Translations under genes and position numbers: made by a program
From: Penicillus capitatus
Taxonomy: Eukaryota > Plantae > Chlorophyta
Assembly: GCA_965649825.1 (NCBI GenBank)
Contig: OZ287710.1
Location: forward strand, 124,001 to 188,000
Length of the DNA: 64,000 nucleotides
Direction: 5' to 3'
In this document: positions 40,017 through 51,021 of the stretch, piece by piece
How the letters are laid out: each line of letters starts with the position of its first letter
How positions within the stretch are numbered: the stretch's first letter is position 1
The notes under the pieces: model-generated
Seen by the model: the letters and a program-made list of their open reading frames with translations, nothing else
Told to the model about the DNA's origin: nothing
Database searches by the model: none

Positions 40017-40631
40017 TCACACACCACCGCAGACTTTGCCACCACCTTGCCGAGAAAGCAGCCCTGCGCAATTCTCGCTATCTTCGTCCCACAGCCAAGC
40101 AGCACATCCTCCATAGACGTTACTATCGACTACACAGACACTTCGCCACGTGTCCTTCAAAAGTGATGGTTACTGTTGCGGCATGTTAGCTCGCATTCTT
40201 GTTCAGAATCGACCAACCCGAGGGCAACCGCCTTGATTTCGCAGCCATCGCTGTCTGCTTCGGACCCCACCGCTTCGTACACGGTCTCCACGAAGTTGTT
40301 CAGAATGGTGCCGTTGATGCCGCCACAGTGTGTATAGTCATCAGAGTATCTGGTCGTTTCAATGATATAGCCATGACAGGCTTCTTTCTGCGGACTTAAT
40401 TCCCACGCAACACAGCGCTGACGTTTCCTTACGTCTGCAAAAAAGATAAGCATATATGTGTTCCGTTTTGCAGATGGGCTGCGGCGACGTACAGTTGGTA
40501 CATTGTTCGGCACACTCGTTGGAGAACAGTGTTTTTTGGATAAAGGTGCGGCGGTAATCACATTCGGCTTGACAGACTCCAAGGCACGTCACTGCCACGA
40601 AGATAATCGTCGCGAACCAAGAGAGATGCAT
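40017..40631 (-). CDS. Secreted Cys-rich protein A1, two PAN/Apple-like modules
   Basis: Signal peptide MHLSWFATIIFVAVTCLGVCQA; 12 Cys as 2x(C..CxxxC..CxAW..CxG..C); two phase-1 introns (58 and 44 nt). Confidence 0.85.
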
Positions 40632-41017
40632 TGTCAACAAAACAGACTGGTAATATCTTCCAGGGGGTCGGCTTTAATAACGAGCAGTGGGATAGGGAGA
40701 AGTCAAAAGCCACGCTGCCATTGGCGCGACAGCTGGCAAGCAGCTACGCTTTTGCAATAAACGCACTCGGACGGCAAGGAATTTTGAATGAAAAATTGAT
40801 AAAACGCTGAGCTGTACACCACTTCGCGACTTCAGCGCAAGTACTTCGTCGCGAATTTCAGCGTCAACCTCCGCGTCTTGCCCTAACTTGACACGAATAT
40901 CACTGCTGGCTCATTTGTCGGCAGCTAGACGCCGCGTGCTGCAGGCAGCATAAGAGACTGTCTTTTGCCTGAACCTCAGTTATTGTCTTCTCGCTTTGAG
41001 TGCTATCCTTCACAAGA

Positions 41018-41688
41018 ATGAAGTGGTTTCCGACTCGGTTATTTATCGCGTGCTTGACTATCGGCGTCGCCTCGGCGCACATCGTCTGCAAATATCAACG
41101 CATCAGTCTTGGTATAACAAAGACGTCCGCGGAGTGCCAGACAAAGTGCATCGCATGTAGACACACTCTTATTCCAGTCAGTCTCGTCGAAACAAAACGT
41201 TTGCGTGTTGTAGTCGATACTGATGACCCAGAAACGACACGGGATTGCATTGCATGGGGTCATAGCTTAAAAAATGAGAAATGTACTGGATGGATACTGG
41301 AGAACGACCCAGAAAGGTACAGCGATTTCTACGGTGTTGGCTCATACTCCGACGGCTATTACGACGACTACGAAACATGCGTCCTGGTGGCGCACACAAA
41401 CATCAGCGTCGCTCATACGAAGGGCGCCGACAACAAGAGCGGGTGTTTTTTCGAAATGGAAAACTTGGGTTACGCAGAAACACCTGAAGACTGTCAGCCA
41501 CTGTGTGAAGGACGTGAGAGCTCTCGAGTGAATTGGACACTCTATCTGAAAGTTTTGGTTTTGTTGTTTCAGTGACTAGTCAGCGTCATGGAGGTTGTCT
41601 TGCGTGGACGCATTCAGAGGACGAAGAGGCATGCCGAGGCCTCTTGTCCATGCCGACCAACCAGTACACTTCTTGTGGTCGTGCCTAG
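41018..41688 (+). CDS. Secreted Cys-rich protein B1, two PAN/Apple-like modules, Tyr/Asp-rich loop
   Basis: Signal MKWFPTRLFIACLTIGVASA; ECQTKC..CIAW..C; DCQPLC..GGCLAW..CRGLL..C; same two intron positions as A1. Confidence 0.87.
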
Positions 41689-42159
41689 ACGCTGTACGCA
41701 GTGGAACACTGCAACGTCTGTAAACAACAAAGAAATGCCGAAAATCCTGCATCGTGTGTGCGCGTGACTATCAGCCGACGGCGAACGAACAGTCTGCAAT
41801 TGGACAACCCACGTTTAACAGAACACAGAGGGAACACACAGCGCCATTCCCAGCTGTGTTTGACTAGGGAAGGCATTGAACCAAATGTCGAACGCAGCAT
41901 TGGGAAAACAGATGGCGTCTGTTGTGACTGACGTGAGATATACGTGGACGAAGAGAAACAGCCGCATTCATGCAGCAGTCGTTATCGCAAACGAAAGCAA
42001 CGGCGAATTCGAACCATTCTGCTGAAGTTCATTTGAAGGACAGTACGTACATCAACCACGCGGCACGGTCGAATCTTCTATTGTCTGAGTCGAGGTTGCT
42101 GTGATACTCGAAGGACATCGGTCGACACGTTTACGCATAAAAACACTCGGTCATACACC

Positions 42160-42846
42160 ATGAAAAATATGACGGGGGTGCTTCTCGTGCTGTCCACATG
42201 CATGATTTTCTCCACTGCACATAACGCTTGCGAATTCCAACGTGTGACATTGGGTCCCGGCAACTCTACCGATTCTTGCCATTTTCTGTGTATCAACTGT
42301 TCGTGTTTTCCTCGCTGTTGTACAAGTTCGATGGACCTCGTGGTCAGATGACGCCGACGAAGAGGAATCGACCCGTCACTGCATTGCATGGGGGTACGAT
42401 GGAGTGAGTCGCGTTTGTCGCGGTTGGCTGCTGGAGACAGAGCCAGATGACATCGACTATTTCTACGATCAGAAGTACTGGTATTACGAGGGCGGGATTT
42501 ACGACCCTACGGACACAGTTTTCGACACATGTGACCTCGCGCCTCACACTAATCTCAGTGTTGCTCACACAAGAGGAGCCAGAGATAAAGAGGGGTGTTT
42601 CTTCAAATTTGTTCATTTGGGTTATGCCAAGACTCCAGATGACTGTCGGCGTTTTTGCGAAGGCCGTGCGTTATTTCTTAACTGTCATCGTCTCTTTTAT
42701 GACGTGGTGTTTTCATTTGTGTTTTTGCAGTCGTCAGCAAGATACATGGAGGATGCCTTGCATGGAGTCACTCAGAAGAAGATCTGAAATGCGCAGGATT
42801 GTTATCCAAGCCGTCAAACAAGTACACCTCATGCGGACGCGTTTAG
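42160..42846 (+). CDS. Secreted Cys-rich protein C, third paralogue type of the same family
   Basis: Signal MKNMTGVLLVLSTCMIFSTA; CHFLC..CIAW..CRGWLL; HTNLSVAHTRGA..GCFF..LGYAKTPDDCRRFC..GGCLAW..CAGLL..SCG. Confidence 0.85.
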
Positions 42847-43450
42847 CGAGAGACCTCTTCCACATCGAAGACTCAAGCGTATCATAAAACATTTCATTCT
42901 GGTCGTGTAATCTCTCTCCCTCGTTTCAAAGCATTCGATTCAACATTTGATGGACAATCACACATCATCGCCCGTCTAGTGAATGCGGCCTTACTGCGTC
43001 CTCCCTCAGCAGAGTAATAATCATGCGACCGATAGTCGACATGCAGAAGGATGATGGAGTATCTACCCATAGACAGGACATCGCGGTTTTTAGATAAGCA
43101 TGAAGACGCATTAAACATCATGACCAGACTTGGTCGCGATGTGACACGCAAGCGCTTCGCAAATGAACAGCCAGTATTGTGACGCGAGCCACCCAATTCT
43201 GTTTGTTTTTTGCATTCGGCTTCGCCGCGACTACTGTTGTTGCTTTCTTGCGTTCGAAGGGACAATGACCGTATTACTGCTTTTTCTACTTACATGACGT
43301 CGGGGATGCTTGTCACTGTCCTCTTCGCCGTGGAGCGCATCCGGATCAGAAAATGGCGAACACTTTGAGAATAGCCGTCCTCGGTGACGGTCCCAATAAC
43401 TATCAAAACCGGGTGGTCGTCGCTTCGAAGAACCCGTTGGCCTGATCGTG

Positions 43451-43959
43451 ACGTTCATGCCGACCACATATAGAACCTCATTGCCCATTTACACAGCAAT
43501 GTCTTACGAATAGGACTGTGAAGAGTTACCATTGCTTACTCCAGAATCTCCATCAGAGACGTTGCCAAGAATCTGGGATTGAGTCCGGAAGGATGACACA
43601 AAACACGGGTGATCAAAGCCATTGGACAGGAGAAATGACGCGATAAGCAACACGATGGGCAGTACAAGCGTAGAATCGAAGTGGCCGACGTTTACTCAAC
43701 TCAGAAACCGCAGAACGCGTTCCATGTCAGAACTGCCTTCTGCCTTGGAATACACAACGAGGTGAGGACGACGTCACCTCACCGATCCTGTGAAGAGATG
43801 TGTGGCGGCAGGCCGTCAACGCCGTGCGACTGACCCAAAAACTCACAAACCAACTTTGAAGATGCATAAACTAGAAAAGAGCGATCGGCAGAGGAAAAGG
43901 AACTGGCAAAAGCAATTCAAGAAGAGGAGGAAAGAAGAGGAGGACGATTAAGAACCTGA
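43451..43959 (+). pseudogene. RPN3: 26S proteasome subunit Rpn3/PSMD3 C-terminal pseudogene fragment
   Basis: NLIAHLHSNVLRIGL*RVTIAYSRISIRDVAKNLGL..VIKAI..DVYSTQKPQNAFHVRTAFCLGIHNE|AVNAVRL..EKELAKAIQEEE. In-frame stops at 43471, 43519, 43594 and 43636, a frameshift, and a retained 50-nt intron (43762-43811). Confidence 0.85.
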
Positions 43960-44345
43960 CCATGCCAGCCATCTCACACTCTTTAATTCTGCAACATACA
44001 GCTAAGGCACTCGTCTCTCCCTCATCAGCATTCCGATCACGGCTACGGATTAAACGTGTTTGATACTCTGCTGCCAAGGGACAGTGATTGCTTAACGACG
44101 TGACAAAAGGCAGAGAGAACAATCCGAGCTGCAGCGTGCATGATTGCTCAACGCATCATCGTAGGTCGCCGGTACTATGGTAGCTGTTCCGGATTGCGCA
44201 CGAATCTGAGCTTTTTCTAACTTTGCTCCTCTTTTGTTTTCTATGTCGTCTTCCTTATGTCAATGGAATAGAGAAAACATAAAGTCGTCTAGCACGCTCT
44301 CTTTATATATTCAGCCAACTAAACCTCTGAGCGAACCATCGAGCG

Positions 44346-46968
44346 CTAAATTACGATACGTAAAAAGACACCGTCGCTGTAAATAGTGTTGTGTACAATA
44401 CAACATTGGCATCTGTTCAGAAATGATTGTGCATCTATTGCAAAAAAAGCTGCATCCTCTGTAGTCTTGAACGCTTTGTAGAGGAAACTGTACAGTTCAT
44501 CTGCATTTCTCTTGTCGTCCATTACCTTAGCTAATTCTGCCAATGGTCTTTTCGACAAATCACGCAGTGATTGACATGATTCTATCAATCTTCTGCAACT
44601 TTCTGTCACCCTTGGCATTTTTCTAGATGCATGACAAAAGTACCTGCCAATGATTAGCCACAACAAGTATATAGGACAGAAAACCACACCTGAGATTCTC
44701 GATGGTTTCATTATTACTCTCTTCGACTGTTGATCTTTTGTCTCGTCTCTCGACTACCAAAGGATCCGGCTCGGTAAAATTCCTCTTTAGATGTCTGAAA
44801 GTATGGCATGTTGCTTCTTCATTCTCCGACCAAACCAACCTACAAAATCGAGAAGACCCCGTTAGTCCATTGAGCACTGAGTGTCATCGTAGCTAAAGAA
44901 CCTTAGGGAGGAAAAACGAAGAGCGAGGAGAACGAGTGAGATGATGCATTTTGGAGACATCTCCTTATTGAACATAGGGTGGCTTGGATGATGAAACTGC
45001 CTCCCTTCGGACTCGATCAACAAGATGGAGATCTTGAATCTCTTGCACATGGCTACCATTTGATTGTCTAACCTTCCAGAATTGATGGATGCCTTCAAAT
45101 CTGGAAGGGTTTTTCTTTCTACTGCCATGTCTGTCGTTAGGATATAATCTCCCACCTGCCATATAATCTGTGTCACTGCTACTTGTAAATGTCTTACCTT
45201 GAGTTTGGACATTTGAAGATGGAATTTTGCCTTGTGAAGGCTTAACGGGAGGTGTGCTACCAATTCCCGGACGTCCACCACAATCGTTGATCTTTGTCCG
45301 TTGCCCTCATCTGGCATGATCTCTCTGTGTCCCGTTTGGACAGAAGTTGATCGTCTTCTGCGAGAGAGTTCTCTTGTCTCTTCGCTATCATCCTTGGTCT
45401 TGGCGATGTGCGAAAACACATCTCTCTCTTTCCCAATGACCCCCGCAAACGTCATCTTCTCGACAGAATTGTCGTAGTAGATGACATAACGCTTGATGAG
45501 GTTCTCCTTATTCTCCGCCTATATTCAGCTAGATGCATAATATAGCTACAAAGGTTCGTGATACCTGATAGATTTCGACTTGACTGTAGAAAGCAACGTC
45601 TGCATTATAGAAAATGACGTAGTTCGGCTGAAGTTTCCAGAGAATTAAGGAATCCGCCCCATCCAATGAATAGAAATGTACATTATGAAGTAAATTTCTC
45701 TGGCGGTCCTCCACAGATGTCTCATCTTCTCTACTTCTCACCTTCCTGCATGCAAATCGTTCGTTTAATGTTTCAAGTCAAGACTTTTCAACGAACAAGG
45801 AGGAATCCCACTTCAACGCAACGCGTTGTTTCTTCTTGCATCTTTCGTCGCCATTCTGCTCTCTTGTCCGGCGAAGGAATTCATCAAACATGTTCTTCAG
45901 TGTTCTGCCTGGATCTGCAGCAAACACAATCGCCTATTCATCCACTTTCCGCCAACATACACTAGACGTTACCTTCAACGACCCCTTGTAGCTGATTCTT
46001 GATGGACATCTCTCGATGGACCACCAAGATGGATTTCTCTGTTTCAGTGCCTTCGTCAAATGATTCCATGATCTCTTGTTGAATGTCGGAAAGCAGCTTG
46101 TGTAATGCTCCCCATTTGGGTGGAGGCTCCAATACTGGGCACAGATTAGCAGATTTGCCTAGAAACTACACGGTAAAACCCATCACTAAATGCTGTAGAG
46201 CTACCTTCGGCGACACACTCTTTCGTTCTTTTCTTTCTGTTGTCTTTCAGATTAGCACAACCCTTCGTCTTTGAAATTAAGGACAAAGACCAGTCCCTTT
46301 GCCAGTTTGAAGGTATCGTGCAGCATCCATTTTGACCGTACCCGACTGAACTTGGTCATCTCCAACTGATGGAGAAATTCAACGAGATCTAGCGATAAGA
46401 GCACCAGAAACAGTCTGTGCAACTTCTCCATGTCTGAGACTATGTTAATTGCATCCAGTCGGTCGGTTGCCATGATAGAATTTGACAAAGATTTCATCTG
46501 TCTTTCAATAATCCCCTTGGAGATTTCCAGAAGACAATTCTCCACCGCTAGACCAGAACTATGCACACACTCCCACTCGTATTTGTCCGAATGAAAACAA
46601 TCTTGGTACCAATCAATAGTGTCCGTTTGTTTGAGCTCATCCACCAGGTCCATCATAAGATCTGTGATGGCTGTTTGAATTTCCCACACGGTAAGTGTCT
46701 CTTTGTCGATTTCGACAGGACCACCTCGTTCTGCGGAGGTTAGCTGTCCAGCACTTGAGATCGCACGACCAACTGTCCTTCCGATTCTGCTACAAGTATT
46801 GCGTCGTCCGTCGGCGATTGAGCACTGCGTCGTCCGACGGCGATTGAGCACTGCGTCGTCTTCTCTTCAGAAATATCGTACGTCTTGGACACGGGACAGT
46901 TTCCGAGAAATAGATGACGATGACGGTACGGGCGCCGGCTCCTCGTTCGTTGCGGTGCTTTCTTCCAT
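44346..46968 (-). pseudogene. XPF: XPF/ERCC4/Rad1 endonuclease copy, N-terminally truncated with one apparent frameshift
   Basis: IQTAITDLM..ELK, VLEPPPKW, PNYVIFYNAD..QVEIY, VDVRE, GDYILTTDMAVERKTLPDL, LRLVWS..FRHLK..EPD, HhH-like tail. Frame break at ~46255-46263; first ~200 aa of XPF absent. Confidence 0.8.
46800..46860. repeat. 26-bp tandem repeat, ~2.3 copies
   Basis: tgcgtcgtccg(tc/ac)ggcgattgagcac repeated directly with no spacers; it spans a predicted splice acceptor of the XPF copy. Confidence 0.9.
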
Positions 46969-48771
46969 CCGTGTCCGATTGAACGCTTGGGTGACCGAGC
47001 GGTCTTCGCCGGCGTCGCCGGCGTTCTTACACAACTCACACCACGATATATTCTCCCTCTGTCAGTTCTCCTCTTCTCCGAGAACCCTTCTGCAGTCGAT
47101 CGACATCACGAGTCGTCGTAGCTTTCTTGCCTCTCGTATCATCCCTGATCCTCCTTCCAAGGTCTGTCATCCCACACAAGATCAGAGATGATACTTAGTT
47201 GTAGGTCAGTAATCTCTTGTTTGAACCTGCTTTTCGGTCGGCGTACATCGAACAGCGGAACAAGGTAAAAAGGGTCGAATTCAAAATGGGATGTACAATT
47301 TAATGTGCATATCGTCTATGAATGTCTACGAAATACGTCGAGAAGCCGGCAGCAATCGTAAATGCATCCCTACCTTCACTCAATCAGAGAAACGAAAAGC
47401 GGGATGATATGAATGTTTGGCGCAGTGGTATGAATTTGTATTTGGTGGAATGGCACATGCGCCGGTAAAGCGCGGAGTATAATGGATGTCTATGAATCCG
47501 TCCGTAATGTTAAGTACTACTTCTCTCCTCTATAGATGAATGTCAATTCGGACAGCAGTCTTCTCATCCGTTACGCTTGTCTGTTGCAACGAACAAGAAA
47601 GCTAAATAACATTAAACGCCAATCATTTGTCTTGCTCTCATTGTACAACAAATACGAGTTCCAAAAACAGCTCCATGCCAGAACTGATCTGTTTTGTCCC
47701 GTTCCGTCTCGTAACGGAAATCTCATTCTGAGAGATACAACGCATGTCCGTGAGCGTCAAGGACAGGCCTCATCAGATATGTCCAGCAAACGATTTCACT
47801 GGAATGCGACATCATGAGGAGAGAGAAGTGATCTGAAGATTCTACTTGTTTGAATTGCGGCCGTGGGTCAATCTTCCTTTGACTGTGTGCGAAGAACGCC
47901 ATCTTTAATGATCCCAGATTGGGTTCAATAGCCTCCTCGATGCTTCTGCTGTTATCTGGGTCGAAAAACGGCGCATGGTGATTTTCGGCCTCAGCTCATA
48001 GGTCAGGAGTCGTCTCACGGATATCGGATCCATGAATTCCGGATCTTGTGGATACGTGGATGACGTTTGTCAGACTACTTGTCACACATGACTCAGTAAA
48101 CCACACATTACATTCTTTTTAGTGCTTAGAAAAGTGGAAGAGTCGACAATAAGTACGTATGAATTCCAACATTGGATTCCTGGAAACTTAGCTGTCTTCG
48201 GGATTCAACATCTTTCCTCCACAACCCCAGTTTCTCGACTTGTTTGGATCAAAATCGGATATCTTCATTTTAAATCAATTCGTCCAGAAGCTACTTTATG
48301 AAGAGAGGGGAAGGCTATTTAACAAGCGTGACAGCAGTGGTCGTTCGTCATTGTCCGAATCAATCTGAACACGCAGAAGAAAAGTGAATCAAAAAACAAC
48401 GATCGACGAAACCCAGTCTGCCATAGAGGAGCATCTGTCAATAATACCACGCGATGAGTCTTGTCTCCGAACTGGCAAATGGGTATCAGCATGTTCACGA
48501 TTACAACTTTCTTTGAATATGAGAAGAAAGACAGAAATCAGATGGATAGATAGATGGAGAGCGCTCAGAATACACTATTTCACCTCGACGCCATGTCGCG
48601 CTCTCGCGGTAAGAAGACACCTGAACGCAAACGATGTTACAGATTGAGGATCTCAAACAAGGTCATCGTCCCTATTTTTACTGATGATATCACAGTGAAA
48701 GCAAGTAATTCATTGCGTTGACCTTATCATACATTTCTTCGAATTTCCATTGGGTGACATGCGGAGAGTGT

Positions 48772-49386
48772 TCACACACCACCACAGACTTTGCCACCAC
48801 CTTGCCGAGAAAGCAGCCCTGCGCAATTCTCGCTATCTTCGTCCCACAGCCAAGCGGCACATCCTCCATAGACGTTACTATCGACTACACAGACACTTCG
48901 CCACATGTCCTTCAAAAGTGATGGTTACTGTTGCGGCACGTTAGCTCGCATTCTTGTTCAGAATCGACCAACCCGAGGGCAACTGCCTTGATTTCGCAGC
49001 CATCGCTGTCTGCTTCGGACCCTGCCCCTTTGTACACGGTCTCCACGAAGTTGTTCGGAATGGTGCCGTTGATGCCGCCGCAGTGTGTATAATCGTCATA
49101 TGGGGGTATACCATCAATGATATAGCCATAACAGGCTTCCTTTTGCGGACTTAATTCCCACGCAACGCATCGCTGATGTCTCCTTACATCTACAAAAAAG
49201 ATAAGCGTATATGTGTTCCGTTTTGCAGATGGGCTACGGCGACGTACAGTTGGTACATTGTTCGGAACACTCGCTGGAGAACAGTGTTTTTTGGATAAAG
49301 GTGCGACGGTAGTTACATTCGGCTTGGCAGACTCCAAGGCACGTTACTGCCACGAAGATAATCGTCGCGAACCAAGAGAGATGCAT
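48772..49386 (-). CDS. Secreted Cys-rich protein A2 (paralogue of A1)
   Basis: Intact frame and introns as in A1; clustered changes ETTRYSDDY to DGIPPYDDY and YEAVG to YKGAG. Confidence 0.85.
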
Positions 49387-49774
49387 TGTCAACAAAACAG
49401 ACTGGTAATATCTTCAACAGGGTGGTTGGCTTTAATAACGAGCAGTGGGATAGGGAGAAGTCAAAAGCCACGCTGCCATTGGCGCGACAGCTGACAAGCA
49501 GCTACGCTTTTGCAATAAACGCACTCGGACGGCAAGGAATTCTGAACGAAAAATTGATAAAACGCTGAGCTGTACACCGCTTTAGCGACTTCCGCGTACA
49601 TACACAGCCCGAATTCACCATCAGCATCCGCGTCTTGTCCTAACTTGACACGAATATCACTGCTGGCTCATTTGTCGGCAGCTAGACGCCGCGTGCTGCA
49701 GGCAGCATAAGAGACTGTCTTTTGCCTGAACCTCAGTTATTGTCTTCTCGCTTTGAGTGCTATCCTTCACAAGA

Positions 49775-50498
49775 ATGAAGTGGTTTCCGACTCGGTTATT
49801 TATCGCGTGCTTGACTATCGGCGTCGCCTCGGCGCACATCGTCTGCAAATACCAACGCGTCAGTCTTGGTATAACAAAGACGTCTGCTGAGTGCCAGACA
49901 AAGTGCATCGCATGTAGACACACTCTTATTCCAGTCGGTCTCCTTGAAACAAAACGTTTGCGTGTTGTAGTCGATGCGGATGACCCAGAAACGACACGGG
50001 ATTGCATTGCATGGGGTCATAGCTTAAAAAATGAGAAATGCAGCGGATGGATACTGGAGAACGATCCAGAGGTTTACGCTGCTGACGACGATTACGACTC
50101 ATTCTACGGCGATATTTACGGCTTAGCCTACGACAGCTTGTACAGTGTCGGTTCATACTCCGACAGCTATTACGGCGACTATGAAACATGCGCCCTGGTA
50201 CCACACACAAACATCAGCGTCGCTCATACAAAGGGCGCCGGCGACAAGAGCGGGTGCTTCTTCGACGTCGAAAACTTGGGTTACGCAGTAACACCTGAAG
50301 ACTGTAAGGCCATGTGTGAAGGAAGTAAGACATCTAGAGTGAAATGGACGATCTTTCTGAAACCCTTCTTTTGTTGTTTCAGTGACGAGTCAGCGTCATG
50401 GAGGTTGTCTTGCGTGGACGCATTCAGAGGACGAAGAGGCATGCCGAGGCCTCTTGTCCATGCCGACCAACCAGTACACTTCTTGTGGTCGTGCCTAG
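49775..50498 (+). CDS. Secreted Cys-rich protein B2 (paralogue of B1, expanded Tyr loop)
   Basis: As B1, but the loop is VYAADDDYDSFYGDIYGLAYDSLYSVGSYSDSYYGDYET (+18 aa). Confidence 0.87.
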
Positions 50499-51021
50499 AC
50501 GCTGTACGCAGTGGAACACTGCAACGTCTGTAAACAACAAAGAAATGCCGAAAATCCTGCATCGTGTGTGCGCGTGACTATCAGCCGACGGCGAACGAAC
50601 AGTCTGCAATTGGACGCAACCCACGTTTAACAGAACACAGAGGGAACACACAGCGCCATTCCCAGCTGTGTTTGACTAGGGAAGGCATTGAACCAAATGT
50701 CGAACGCAGCGTTGGGAAAACAGATGGCGTCTGTTGTGACTGACGTGAGATATACGTGGACGAAGAGAAACAGCCGCATTCATGCAGCAGTCGTTATCGC
50801 AAACGAAAGCAACGGCGAATTCGAACCATTCTGCTGAAGTTCATTCAAAGTACAGTACGTGCAGAACGGTAGCTTGTCCGCCTATGTCGTCGCGGAATTT
50901 AGATAAGCATTAAGACGCATCAACGTCATGCCTGCGTTGCTGTGAGTTACGTGCCATTCATTAAGTCGAATTGACTATTAGCGAGCGATACGCCTGTCCT
51001 GTCGAACGGGTTTTCTACACA

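Larger units (their letters stand above)
39977..42050. repeat. Segmental duplication, copy 1 (direct repeat of 48733-50860)
   Basis: Long runs of identity visible by eye, e.g. 39995-40330 vs 48750-49085, 40640-40810 vs 49395-49570, and 41580-42020 vs 50390-50840. Confidence 0.97.
48733..50860. repeat. Segmental duplication, copy 2 (direct repeat of 39977-42050)
   Basis: Same order and orientation (gene A minus, shared promoter, gene B plus, 3' flank); 54 nt longer in the B loop. Confidence 0.97.

Noticed and set aside
41701-41931. Cys-containing ORF downstream of B1 (also after B2) as an extra exon
   Set aside because: Joining it needs a 21-nt intron, far below the ~42 nt minimum seen; B1 already ends after its 12th Cys as paralogue C does.
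43500-43640. TGA recoding in the RPN3-like frame
   Set aside because: It also has a TAG and a frameshift and lacks the N-terminal gene; pseudogene is simpler.
46800-46860. 26-bp repeat as a CRISPR-like array
   Set aside because: No spacers, only ~2.3 copies, eukaryotic context.
47200-48730. A transposon in the island
   Set aside because: No terminal repeats, TSDs or transposase/RT motifs recognised; left unassigned.
39977-50860. Duplication as a haplotype or assembly artefact
   Set aside because: The copies have different flanks, an in-frame 54-nt indel, a 1-kb content difference and patchy divergence. Long reads are still needed for certainty.
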